Source: Basidiobolus meristosporus CBS 931.73 (taxonomy: Eukaryota > Fungi > Basidiobolomycota). Taken from it: 64,000 nt of DNA. Where the stretch lies: the NCBI GenBank assembly GCA_002104905.1, contig MCFE01000445.1:9746-73745 (forward strand), written 5' to 3'. Shown here piece after piece: positions 1 through 15,000 of the stretch; position 1 is the stretch's first letter, and every line of letters begins with the position of its first letter. The notes beneath the pieces are model-generated. The model was not told the origin of the DNA, made no database searches, and saw only the letters and a program-made list of their open reading frames with translations. A program made the position numbers and the translations under genes.

Positions 1-664
1 GCAGCATACACACTACTAATCATATGCAATACAAACCCTGACACGCTCTTGGATGTTATCTAGGTTTGCTTTGGTCCCAGAATCATCCGAAGAATGATGG
101 CTTGCAAGGCATACTCAGTATTGTCAATAACTTGCTCCATCATCTGATCCAGTATGGCTGCTACGGCTCCACATCAATCTACACAATAGACCTAGAGCTT
201 GATAGCTAACGTTAAACATGAGCTACATAAAGGCCCCATTCCCCAATGATATTCAGTGGTTTTGTTGAACTCTCGCTGGCGCTGATAGCGAGTCTCTTGG
301 GAGAAAAGCGACGCGTCAGTGTAGGGATTGTTGCTCATGAAGTCGGATAATAGCCGCAATAGCTGCTGGTTGAAATATGCTATTGTTGAATGTGCAATCG
401 GCATCATGACTGCATATTGCCTATTAAGCATGTAATGTTCATGATCAGCTTACGATCTGGTCAATGTAAATCCAACCTGTCCAGCTAATTCAAATGACTA
501 TTCCAACCTCTACAGTACCGATCGAATATATTATATGTCCCTCCTTCCCCATTGATGCAGCCTAGAATGACTCAAATTGCTATTTCGTGACGTAAATTTG
601 ATTGAGCATTGATACTTAAATGACAGTTTACCCTCAAAAAATGGCTTATCTCTGATAGTGCATT

Positions 665-1928
665 ATGGCGTTGAAGGTAAGTAAAGGGCTGTGTGCATAG
701 CATGATACCGACTAACCCCGTTTGAAGCACCTAACACAGAAAGTTGCCCAAGAGCTCGATAAAGAATTGATGACTGCTACCCAAGGAGGGTTTTCTGTCG
801 ATCAACTAATGGAGCTAGGTGAATCTCTTCTCTTTTCTTTTTTCTCCACTCAACCCACTAAAAATCCAGTGTAAACATACTGTACTCTACGACAGCTGGC
901 TTGAGTGTGGCACAAGCGATTACCAAAGTCTACCAAAATTCAACTCACCCGCGCCTGTTGATCTGTTGCGGGCCCGGAAATAACGGAGGGGATGGTGTGT
1001 GGTTGTTTCCCATTTATGTGGAGGCTTTCATAGAAGCAGCACACTAACTGTTGAGGGCTACCAGGTCTCGTTGCAGCTCGTCATTTGACTCACTTTGGCT
1101 ATAATCCTGCAATATATTGTCCAAAGCCAAGCAAGAAGGACCTGTTCAATGTATGTAAGCAAGACGCTCTAATTGGAATCATATGTAACTCTTTCGTTTC
1201 TGTAGAACCTGATTACCCAATGCAAAAACCTCAACATCCCATTCATTGAAGATTTGGAGGCCCAAGTGCAAAACTCGGATCTCATCGTCGACGCGATTTT
1301 TGGTAAAACTCGATACTTAGTTCACCCAGAATCGGCTCGAATTAACTTTCATATGTAGGCTTCAGCTTTGCTGGAGAAGTTCGTGATCCATTTAAGCAAG
1401 TGATCCAGGTATCTAATTTCTGAAAGATAGCTCGAAGTGACTATAACAAATATACTCACGGGGCTAAATTAGATTTTCTCAAGCACCAAGCTTCCAGTTG
1501 TTGCAGGTAGCCATCATCTTTAAGCATTCAATATTTAACGCAACATAGATGATTAATATCTTACCTTTCAAACAGTTGACATTCCATCAGGGTGGCAAGT
1601 TGATGAAGGCAACTTTATTATCTAACCCTTTCCCATTAGCCATTCCACCAACAAACATAACCATATAGAAGCAACCGTGGAGTCTGAGTACCAACCGGAA
1701 ATGCTGGTTTCTCTCACCGCACCCAAGCTGGCAGCAAAACGCTTCCGTGGGAAATACCACTACTTGGGCGGGCGCTTTATTCCCAAGTAATTAACTCCTC
1801 ACATCAATTCGGATTAGGGCACTTACTGAATGTTAAATAGGGATTTTGCGGAGAAGTACGGACTCAAACTCCCACAGTACCCAGGAACTGACCAGTGTGT
1901 GGATATAACCAATCTCTCAAATCTTTAG
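665..1928 (+). CDS. NNR1: NAD(P)H-hydrate epimerase (YjeF N-terminal domain; NAXE/APOA1BP family), multi-exon
   Basis: Manually spliced exons give [39 protein letters not shown]...[20 protein letters not shown]...[12 protein letters not shown].../[11 protein letters not shown]/...MLVSLTAPK...HYLGGRFIP/...YPGTDQCV, the YjeF_N motifs. ATG at 665, TAG at 1926-1928. Confidence 0.95.
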
Positions 1929-2098
1929 CTCTTTGCCAAAATGAAAAGCCCCGAGACACTACGCTCTCAATGCTATTAAAGTTTATTTGTACTTATATCT
2001 ATTGGTATCCATTTCAAAATGTATATACGTGAGTAGTTGGTTTTATGGTAGGAAGGTCAGATGATGAAGTCAAGATATAAGCAAGCGCGTAAGTTGGA

Positions 2099-3110
2099 TT
2101 ACTTGCTGGCTGATTTTTCCCATTGAGAAACGCCGCCCATGAAGGAAGTAATCGCACTGTCAAGAAGCGTTAGTGTATGAGCGCCAAGAATCCAAAAACC
2201 CAGGACAACTTACCCTACAGTGCCTACGACACCTTCATTAAGATGGATGTAGTTCAATCCAGCAAGTGGAATAATCATGTCAAGGGAATCAATAACGAAT
2301 TGGTACAAGACACCATTCTTGATGCTAATCAGGATATACCAATTTAGACATTGCGTTCTGTTATGAATTCTTAACTATGCACTTACGTTGACAAGTTGGC
2401 CAATTGAAGCTTGTTGTTAGCGGTTGAGCCACCGGCCTCAGTTTTCACAGCCTGAACTCTCTTCAAAACGCCATACTCAAGATACAATTGTCTCAATCTG
2501 TAGAGACCGGCCAACCAGGAGAACACAATGGCGTACAGCCAGTAGCGGTTGGAATGATCATTGTACTTCTTGATGTTTTTGAACTTGTACAGTCCTACGC
2601 TGTCAATCTATTGCTTCACGTTAATAGATCTCTTAGGAGGTATCACCACTGCATACGTACCCAGCACAGCATGTCATAAATGAAGTAGAGGCCATTGGCA
2701 CCGCATTTACCAATATTACAGATTCTAAGAACGGTATCTTTGACTGAGTAGGAGTTGGCGATGCCCTGTACCATTTCGATGGGCTTACCTAAACGCAGTA
2801 CTACATACAAATTCAGATACGAAGAATTAGCGAATTGTAGATGGTGACACTCCGTCGGATGTGGCGCAACGCCAGCTGTCCCGATGCATCCCGATTGTTA
2901 ACCGTATTCCGTGTTCGTGTACTTACGTCTACGAGCAAGACCCAAGTGAGCCTTCAGCTTTTCAACTGCAAGATAGGCATCTTTCGAATTTTGACGCAAG
3001 AGGTACCAGGAATAGAAACGGGCAAAGTACTGAACAAATCGATACACTTTGTCACGGCCATTGGTAGTAGCGAGGAAATTTACGTAAGTGTTAACTGTGT
3101 TGGCAACCAT
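2099..3110 (-). CDS. PEX11: Peroxisomal biogenesis factor 11, multi-exon
   Basis: Exon 1 MVANTVNTYVNFLATTNGRDKVYRFVQYFARF...LGLARR is the Pex11 N-terminal GRDK-x-x-R signature. Later exons read LMRLGKPIEMVQG and ITSFMGGVSQWEKSASK*. Confidence 0.93.
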
Positions 3111-4106
3111 TTCTGTAGCGTATGTGGAGACGAGGACTGGAGAATTAAATAAAGAGCGAACTTGGAATCTGACTGTATGAAATATGTTCTTGGACCCCCA
3201 GGCTGCGCTGCAGTCGTTCACTGTTATATAGCAGTACTGTGGTGGCTCGGCGTATCCCGGATGAAGTTGTGACCTGGATTTCATGTATCACAACTCTGGG
3301 ATGAGATAATATATTGATAAAAATCTCATCTCTGAATTCGAAATGCTAGCGGACAGCTGCTAATTGGCCAGGGCCGATATTTGCTTGGTCATGGCTACCA
3401 AACCTTGCCTTGGCCAGAATTACTTCCCACACATCAAGATGATACATTCCACGCTCTAAATGGGAAGCTTCTAAAAGAAAATACCACTAGATGGATTCTG
3501 GTGGATCAGTGGTTTCTCACTCGAGACAAGCTTCTGTGGCTCCATATATAAATGATTTGGGTTCGGCCAGCTCCCATTGACACCCTTCGATCGGAGAGTG
3601 TATTTACTGTGGGGCCAATACTGCCCCGAACCCATGTAATGCAGCGATCATTTCATGCAGCGTTGGAGATGGAAATCTCTGGGGCAACAGCTCCATGGTG
3701 TATTATCAATCTCTATTGCAACATACGGGCAATAAAGGCTATATCGTATCCACCAGATCCCAAGCCTCAGCCTCAACACACGCCATCGCTTGGTGGATCT
3801 TTGCGGCTTTCGTTGCACAAAACACCGTCAGAGATTCCAAGATCTCAGGGTAGAGTTAGCTGGGAGTTACGCAAGATTGTTAAATGGCAGCTTAAAATAA
3901 GCGATTTAGCGTAGGCCGATGATTACACGAAATTCAAGTTCGAGAGTCAGCATCCAACAGAAGGTGGGTTATTTTAGGCGGTGATAATCAAACTATCGAA
4001 TCAGAGCTCGCCGCTCGGCAAGAAACGCGATGGAGCCAATAGCTACCAAGAATAAAGCCGTCTTATGATCATGATAACAATAAGTTTCTAGCTTTCGTGA
4101 GCGTGA

Positions 4107-5592
<1,486 letters not shown>

Positions 5593-7826
5593 CCGGCTCC
5601 TCCCCACTTGGATCCCTCGGCTTCACCTTTGACCCTCGGATGTTCACGGTTTCGGAATTTTGAGACGTTGCTGATTTTTATGTTCTCTTTTTGATTGATC
5701 AATTTATGAATGTGTAAATAACTAATCTAGTAAAATAGCATATTTCTCCATTTCAATGGTCTACCCCATTCAAGGCTGCACCCAGACCCATGGAGTTGGT
5801 TGGAAACTTACGACCTGCATCAGACTGAAGGCTCAGGTCAAGCTTTGCAACCACCCATGAATGGTACAGTCTCTGTTGGGAAGGCCTGAGGAAATATTGC
5901 CACTGGCAGTTTGCAACACCCCCATATCTTTTTTGTATTGTGTTGTATTGTATAGTAGATAGCCATGACAATTATAAGATAAGTGACTTGATGCTCACAG
6001 GTCTGGTTCCAACTAGATAGTGTGCCTTCCAAGTGCTCTCTCTACTCTAGGCTGTCATGGCCTGAAGGGGGCTTTGAAAAGGAATCTTGAGATCTGGTGA
6101 GGCTAGTAGAGGCCCAATTGTCTAGTGGCCATTTCGATTGTCAGACACGGACAAGGAATGTTGAGCAGCCAGGGATGGGTCAGTCGGAAACCATTGCGCG
6201 CTCTATGCTGCATTCGTGTGCAACCCACCCAAGCAACCTTTGCAATGCTCCAATCCGGCAAATGCTCACATTATAAATGCATAATCGTGGGGGAGGGCAC
6301 ATTCTTGTTGGACGATTTCTCCCGGACAAGAAATGGGGATCTAGACAGTGACTTATGCCACTAGAACTTGCACACAATGTCTTGGTGTGGGCCAGAATCT
6401 GGTGCAAAAAGGACCCGGTGAGGACAAATACCTTTCCAAGTTCCCTCTTTGTTTGCCCAAGTTACAGATTCTCAAGCTTCCGCCACCGTTGGTGCCACTC
6501 ACTTGAAACATGAGTACTCGGCAGACATTGTCTACGGACGGTGTAACCAAAGTGATATCAAACCTCTCTTGTTGATCATTTCATATCCAGTACAATGAAT
6601 AAATTCCTCAAGGGGATTGTTGTAGAGGGGGATTTAGGGGAATGTAACGAGGCATCCTGTTTATTCTCCTAAGCAGCGGCCGTATTCCTTCCGAAACCAT
6701 TGTCCTGATAAAGCCATATGATTAATTATGCACGTAGGTAACGATGAAGCAGATCAATGAGCAAGCCAGCAGTGGTGCCTTGTGAGATGGGTGTGGTATT
6801 AAGTGGACAACGGTTGAGAAATACTGGATTTTTCTTGAACGATGGAAATGGGTTTCCGGTTGGCAGACAAGATTTCGTGATTTTCCACATAATTAGATGC
6901 TTTCCAAGGCGGCTCGTCGTAGAGCAACCATAACAGTTGTCGCACCTTGCTGGGGGATCGGTTAGCGTTCGCCGAGTTGAAGATGGGCGGCGACTATTCG
7001 CCAGGCCCCCTGCCCCCTTCCCTCCCCCAGTGACACCGGAGGAAGATGGCACTGCATACCGCATGCATCCAGAAGAATGCAGCTCGGGATGATTTGTGAA
7101 TTACTTAATCATGGGTATTTCTAGAAGTGGCCACTGATTGATGTGGTCATTTGGGTGCCAGAATCAATTACTGGCTACGGAGTTGTTCGCATCCTACCTG
7201 ATTGTTCGGTACATTGGGAGCACGATTGGCGCAATGGGCAAAGGCAGAACGGAGATTTTTCCAGAATCGAAATACCGAACAGGCTGTGAAACATTGGGTT
7301 GCTACGCTCGGGCATCACCAGGTCGAGTCATCACCAGATGCTGCTGGTTCTGGGATGGTCCACTGCATCCCCTCATAGGGCAATGGTCAAGGTACAAACA
7401 TCATGCGGTGATGCCATGCATCCATTATGGGGAGAGGAGCCATCGCAAGATTCCCAAATCCTGAATCGCCCAGGAAATTTCGCTAACCCAAGATGTTTAC
7501 GCACCTGCAGCACCTGCACACGTCGGGGAAGATGTGGCGATGCCTGCGATTTCTACCGCCCTGCGATGAATGGGATTCCACGCACGGGAATCGATTTCCA
7601 TGGGGGCACACTGATTAGGCGAAGTGACACATCTTGGGTGCCTTGAGCCGCCAGAACGCTCCTATTGGTGAGCAGGGTTGTATTATCAATCCTTTCAATA
7701 TTTATACATAAATATGGATCACTTGGCGAACGGTATATACAAGAACTGATAAGACATGAGGATGTGATAAAGCGAGGAAAGGGACTTGGAATATGAAATA
7801 CATAGTCATAGGGCCCGCGTCCCTAT

Positions 7827-9099
7827 TCACCGATGAAACCGGTGCTCCAATACGTTGGGCATGGAGTATCTGGGTTGTGAATATACAGGTGATGTGGAAT
7901 GGTACCCTACACATTCGATCGATGGGAGCAGTAAGGACACCGGGTTGGCCACGGAGCTCTTTCGACCATGGTTGTACGGGTAGGGCGCCACCACCCTGTT
8001 ACGCTTGGTTTCCATTGCTCTATAACTGTGGAAATCAAGCTCACTGTCTCTCCGCTTTCGGGAAGAGGTGTTGGCGATGACATTGGGGACTGGCTTCATT
8101 GCAGCTAACCAATGCTCCGATATCATGTACAGGGATGGTTGGTTGGTGGGGGTTGGGACAGGGTTTCGGGCCATGGGGAGGTACTTTCCGTTGTAAGGGT
8201 GGAATGTGCTTCTAGGTGTAGCCTTCGCGGAAGGGGCAGGATGTGATAGATACTGTCTAGACTTTTTGTGGGTGAAGCTGTCGGAGTAGCGACGCTGATT
8301 GCTATACGAGGTCTTGGTAGTTGATGCGAGGCTCGGGGCAGACGACGCAGGCTTGGCGAGGAGCGATTCAAGTTGGGAGTTCAACTCTCCTGGCGTAATA
8401 CGCAAGTCGAATTTCTAGGAACAGGCTGTTTAGTTTGGGTGTTGCCGAGGGCTATCCAATGCCACTACTTACCAACAACTCGAGTAGCTGCCGTTCCATC
8501 AGATTCACCTCGGCCAGGGAGAATAATGATGTGTATCGAGCCCAGTACGTGTTCTTCGGCGATGCGTCATTGAGATATTTGCTGGCGATGATGAGGGCAG
8601 CCAAAAATATCCGATGGCAAGTACACTGCATGCCTGTTGATGAGGGTCTATGAGTGTCGAGATCGGGGATATATTCTACATCAGATGCCTACCTCGTGCA
8701 AACTCGGGCAAGCTCTGTCTTAAACGATCCAGGTATACCATGGTGCATAGGAACGATGGCGTATGAACCTTCGATCTGGCCGCTAGCTCTCTGATGAATG
8801 TGCTGAGGGGTGGGATTTGTGGCTGACGCTCCACGGGAGAGAGATAGGATCGGTAGGAGCCCACAGTGGTGGGCGTGGAAGGAGGTGATGGCAGTTGTCT
8901 ATTATCGGAGTCGCAGGTGGGTGTACACTTGATCACCGCAGCCGCTTTGGATGTCACCAAGTCTAGGAAAGCAACGACGGTTTAGAACGAGGATGTGGGG
9001 AGAGAGGGAGCCAAGGGACATACCAATCATAGCATCAGTGATTGGGGAGCTCATCAGGGCAGCCATGACGCTGTCACTAGGGCCATTGGCATCCGACAT
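7827..9099 (-). CDS. Pho85/CDK5-type cyclin (Pcl1/Pcl2 family), 4 exons
   Basis: Cyclin box IPPLSTFIRELAARSKVHTPSFLCTMVYLDRLRQSLP / GMQCTCHRIFLAALIIASKYLNDASPKNTYWARYTSLFSLAEVNLMERQLLELL / KFDLRIT, then a low-complexity tail. GT-AG introns are consistent with the frame. Confidence 0.92.
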
Positions 9100-12000
9100 G
9101 TTCGTTTGGTTTGGTGGGCCCGAGGGAGTGGAAGCGATGAACAAGAAATGTGGGAAAATGGCAAAGAATCGCAGTGATTGCTGATTTACAATACGCACAA
9201 GGGTAATCTATCTTTCAAATTGTTGACAAGTGCAATGGTGTTGATCAAGGATATTTCTGGTGGGAAGGAGCCGTGGCTTTTATACCATGAACAACGAGAG
9301 CCATCCTGATCGGAATGGCTGAGATGATTAGAGCAGCAGGCAGCTACCAATCTGATACCCGCGTTTCCTACAAGCAACAACTCAGATCATAAGATTATAG
9401 TCAGGTTTTGGAACAGGGGCAATCATATAGGATCCGTAATAGATTTTGTAACAAATCCATATGGCACTGATGCACAAGTCTCTAAATTTACAAGCACCAC
9501 TCGCCAATCACAGCCAGCCTTCACGTTACTAAATCTCAGCGTAGTCACAGGTTGACTCTGGAAAGTTCAACAGTGATTTCAACTGCGCAATAGGGATGCA
9601 TCCTTTTTGGTAGGATATGTCATATTGATCCTAATTTAAGCTAGAATATTCCTGGCCAAAAGCGAAGTACCTAATCATGATTGATTATGAAGAACTGCAC
9701 AATACAGACCTAACGTTGCCCAGTAATATGCACCGGAGCTTGCACAAGAGCTCATCCCATCAACCGAGCCATTTGGGCCAACGCTGTTGCGAGCGGTCTG
9801 CGTGATTCGTCCGTTGGTGGAATGATTCTTCCTTTGCCAACACACCCAATATTGCGCTGGCAGAGCAATCTGGGTGATTCAGACTCGGGTGCGGATTGCC
9901 AAATGATGTCAACGTGCCAGGCTGAACGTGATGATTCCATTTGCCCAGATCAATGCATACAATTTTAGAGGCCCTATATCCGTCAAGTCCAAAAGGATGC
10001 TGCTGGTGCGTAGCGTCGGTGAAATAGGAGTTTGTGTACTGCAGAGGAGCTGGTGCGCTGTTTCATCGATTACTAATTCGCGAGATAGGCTGGCACGGAG
10101 TCAACCACGATACCAAGCCTCGATCCCCTATGCCATCCTTGCCCCCTACAAGGCAGCCATTCCGATTCATGGTCCAGAAACCATTAGCCCCAACTTCCAA
10201 GCGCTAGGGATAAGTCCCACTCGGATGGATGTGTTGCTGGCACCTTGTGAGCAGCTAGATTGCAAGCGGTGTGCTCTGGTGAAAGTCTTCGCTAGCTTGA
10301 GTGGTGCCCACGGCTTTGCCGCATCAATGGCATGGCTGGCTGGATTCCCACTGCTGCTGACCAGGGTTTCCACAGCCGCTGCAAGCGACTGCGCAGGTTG
10401 AGGTTGCGGTGAGAGACTGAGTCATCACTGAAATCAATCATAGGGAACCGAGAAGTCCATCTATTTGATGTCTTATGGTGTGTGACACTAGGGTGAGATG
10501 GGTGGGGGTTTGGTTCGGTTTGTTCCATTGCTTTGTAAAACTGCTTGGTTAGGGAGCAGATGTCCAACATCGTACAAGGAATGCTATGAAAGCCCTTCAT
10601 TTTACTTTTATCCGACTGAATCGCAGCAGCGGTCCTGAGGTTGTGTGATGAGAACGCTCGGGTTGGACCAATTGAGCCACATAGTGAGGCAGACCGATAG
10701 GCCTAATTTGGAATATCATCTCCTTTGGTATCAAAGGTTCCAGTAGAAAATACCGGGCAGCATGCTGAGCAAACTGGCTGGCAGAATGCAGTAGCTCCCA
10801 AAGTCGAATGGAGCAGCGATAATCTGGCTCTGAAACACTTGTTACAGCTCAACATCACGGAGCACTGTAGGTGTTCCGACTTGGATTCTACCACCAGTAG
10901 TGGGGCTGGCGCATAACCGGTTGACCGATGGAGACATGTACCGGAATAGTCTGACATTGTTTTCATGTGCTTGCTGCTGTATCAAGCAATGGGTTCGGCT
11001 GGTTTGGAATCTAGTCGTCCCAAGTATGGGTGGAGAGTGTGAATGCCCGCTGAATCCCACTGAAGCCCCCATCGATCCCGTTCAAGCTCAAGCGGCCTTC
11101 TGGTGTCAAATGACAGGGATGCCTACCAGATCGCAATTAATATCCGCAGATCGTTCTGAATTTCCTATTCACCTGGTGCGCTGGGCTGTTTGGACATGAA
11201 ATGACCGGTTCGCTCGACTGCATAGGAAATTAGGGGTTGACACCTCTCATGGACGTTTCATCCCTTAAAGCAACCCTCCTGCAACGGAGAGTTTGGCGTA
11301 GCTGTGGGTTGCGATCCGAGTAGCCGCTGTAGGAAGAAGGATGTGTACCACCACTGGCACCAGGCCCCCGATCCTGTTGGTCTTGAGGATTTGTGGTTAC
11401 CAAGACATTGGTGGTGTTTCGATGTTCTGATAAGGTTGCCAGCCCAGCAGACTGTCTCAAGGGAATACAGAGTCATTGGCTTGGGTGAGGTTAACCATAT
11501 GTTTTAGGCACTTCTTTCCTGACTGCTTTGATTTCTTAAATGGAACCGATGAATTAGTATGAAACGCATCATCTGAATGGATGGTTGAAGAGGGGGATGC
11601 CACTTGTGCTACCATCTCCGACAACATCAGCCATGAACGTCACTCAGCCCAATCGTCCATCCAATTTTAGCAGCTTCCGCATTAGACGAAGACCGTTCTT
11701 TCTGATAAGAGTCACTGGTCCTGAGATTTTGTTGAACGCGATGGGGGATGTCTAGGGTTAGACTATACTAGTATATTAAAGGAAGCCAAAGCACCACTCT
11801 TTGCATCATTGTCTGATGTTTTAATCTAGTGAGAATTGGGCAGTGTCTGAGACCTTGAGGCCATGGATTTGGGTTCGTCGATGGAAAATACAAACTCTGG
11901 GGGTCATATGATGGCCAGCCAATTCCGCTGCCATCGATAAATGATGGTAGCCAATCCCCATTGGCACCGGCACCGTCACTGCAAAGGATCCACGATCATT

Positions 12001-15000
12001 AGCAAGCCTGTCGATATGGTCAAGGCCCCATCTTACTCGACCAGCAACATCGGAGGGAATTGATAGGATGCGCGTTCGCTCCCATTTCCCATTTACCCAA
12101 GGATGTCAACAGGCTTCCCAAATTGGCTTTCGAAAGCACACTGACGCAAGCCGTCCGGAAAATCCCCTAGCGGTGGCTGACATGCTGATCATAATGTCCT
12201 CCTCGCACCATTCCAAGGGGTCAGCCAGAGCACCGTCCATACCATTGTCGCACTTGGGCGGGGCCTTTCTTGGTTGCATTCTCGTGCATGCCATCGCCCC
12301 GCCGCCCGCATTGGAATCCTCAGCGATCCTGGCCACCAGTGAGCGCTTCCAGCGGGAAATGATTCCAGCAAACTGCATCTGGATTAGGCATTTCCCACTC
12401 GAATAAAACTGGTTTCGGAAATGTTTAACACACTTCTCGGCTCGTCAGATCCCATGAAGATTCCAAATTGGCCAGCTGCGTGTAGTCGAGACATAAACAG
12501 CATCAAACAACAGTGTTAGTAGCCTGGGCGAATCCGCCTGATTGGATGGCCCATAACAAAGCATCTTTTTATAAACCAAGGAGAACTGGGCAAAATCATG
12601 CGCATGGCCGTTGATAAAAGCTAAGGATAGAGGCTCTGATGTGATCCTGTGGCATTGTAGGGAGGACGGGTGGAGACGAAACGAAGTGACATGTCGGGAC
12701 AAATGTCAGCTTAGTGGTATCTAGTGAGCAGGGGTGATGAGTTACTTTTGGAGACCGCCCCGCTTCGCATGCTTCTGCCACAAGTTCCCAAGAGTTCCCA
12801 GAGGTGGACTATGGCTTAGCAAGCTCTAGTGGTGCTGAGGTTAATTAATGTGTTGGTTAGCGCTTGCCTCTGACAGAAAGTTCACATTGGACGTGGCTGA
12901 AGATTGGGTCGTTGAGGATGGGCTTCCTATTGGAGATCTTCATCACAGTCATTCGTAAAAATCAATGATTCAAATGGCTATTTGTGTGATGGCCATCTCC
13001 ATTTGCATTGATGTTCAGAGAATTTTCTTTGGCGTAAGAGCATCGATTCCAACATGTCTGAGCTTGGCAATCTCATCACTGTTAGCCGCGCACCAAAGGT
13101 GCTATCAATAGTGATCGAGACTGTTTAGTCCGTATTTAATATCAATATGGCTCGCTGGTTGGTGAAATCACAAATTTAGCTCGGAACGCAGGACCAACAG
13201 CTATTGCTCAATATGGGCCTTGTTGATACATCTCAATGAGAGTTCTCACACAGTAGTGCAGGTTTTAAATAGGGTTATCACCAGAACTATCTGTTCATCA
13301 GAGTCAGCTAAGACAATGGCCATTATCACTTCGATGATGATAATGAACATATGTGCAATCTGCTCGTGGTGGCCTCCAATGGTAGCTGGTGCACGTTCCT
13401 CAAATCATCTAGCAATGACTGTGTCATATAATGAAGGACTTGTTAAACTTGACTACCCCAACTTCACTTGATTCAGCAGCGGTGGGATTTATTTATCCCC
13501 AATACTACATCGCCGAGTTTTACAACTGAAGTGATGCTTACTCCTCACTAATCACCCAGAATAACTTATTCTATCCTTTTCTTGGCGGTCGCTTTGATAA
13601 CACCATACTTGGGTTGTCTGGCTTTACGCCCATCCACCCAATAGACTCTGCCATTCCCATTCTTTGTTACCGTATATGATGCTTGGTAGAAGTGCGAGCC
13701 CATCACATCAGTCTTGAGAACTGCCTCCCTGACTGAGTAAAATATTGCAAGAGTATGGTATCATAATGACGACGCCCATCTGCAGGAAGCCAGTTTAGCA
13801 AGAATTCCAGGAGGACTGGATCGATGCATGATAGTAAACACAGATCATGGTTTGTATATAGGAGTGACAGAATTAATTTATCTAGTAGTTGTGGAACTTT
13901 AGTGGAAGATGTTGAATAATTCACTCAAAGTACATCTTGCTGCCGGCATCTAGTATAGTCTAAATTAATGACGATTTTGTTGTAAATAGATAGTTTTGCA
14001 CCTATTCACACATCATTTCTCACTTAGTCTGGTTAGAATCCATTTCCATGCCATGCTTTTGATTGATACTTTAAGGTTGTGGAGGTATGAAGTTGCAGTC
14101 TGTCCTGGAATAGGGATCCATATATGGTACCTGTATTTTGACAGCATTCATAGCACAGTCCTGTGGTGGAGTTGCTGAATTACCAAATGCATGGGCACGT
14201 GGATCAGTCAAGCAACAAGTGGATTCTGTATGTGGTCAAAATAGCAGTTATCAATTCAGACAGGTTTTGTTGGATGGCTCTCCAGAACTGCAGCATGGCA
14301 ATTAGTATTTCAACTGTCTGTCCAAAGTATTGCTACTTGAATCAATACACCAATTGATAAAAAAGCGTGATTGCATGTATTCAAATTCTTATTATTTAAT
14401 GAGATTAAGAAATTAACAGACTTTGAATAACGAACTACAAGTTCTCAATATATCTTAATGCGTGTATATGCGATGGTTTTACTAGCCAAACACTACTGCA
14501 ATACCAAGCTATGTGGAAGCATTGTCTCCAAATTACACCCAACAACTGTATTTATGAGTGTAACTAGAGGCTGTGGGCACTAGGTACATCTGGGGTTATT
14601 GATTAACTCTTTGCCCTCTCATACATGTTTCAACTGTTCATCAAAACACTGCTGGATCCTGCACAGCCACTCTCTGAACAGGAGATATAATATTGCACTA
14701 TAGAAGGCTGAGTATGGAGAATTTGAATACCATTGCAATGTTGGCCCAGGCTACTATCCAATGAGATTATGCATGCTATATACAAAACTATTATTTAGGT
14801 CCTAGTGCTGCACTCTTAGAGCTCACCTAGATCAACTGTAATGTGTGTAAATCATCCTGATGTCTTATCTAGCAATCTTACTGGAATCTGGGCTTTTGGT
14901 AACCATTCTTTTGAATTAAAGGCCCGATATGTTCTAGGTAGCCTAAATCTTCCTAATCTTCAGTAAATTACTTGTATACCATACAATACATATCACTTGT

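Noticed and set aside
1-431. Minus-strand ORF 192-431 and a possible exon near 30-100 as a gene running off the window
   Set aside because: I could not build a consistent splice path or recognise a family.
13500-13930. Weak resemblance of GSHFYQ...GRVYWVDG to a papain/USP-like His box
   Set aside because: Too short, surrounded by stops, no catalytic Cys region found.
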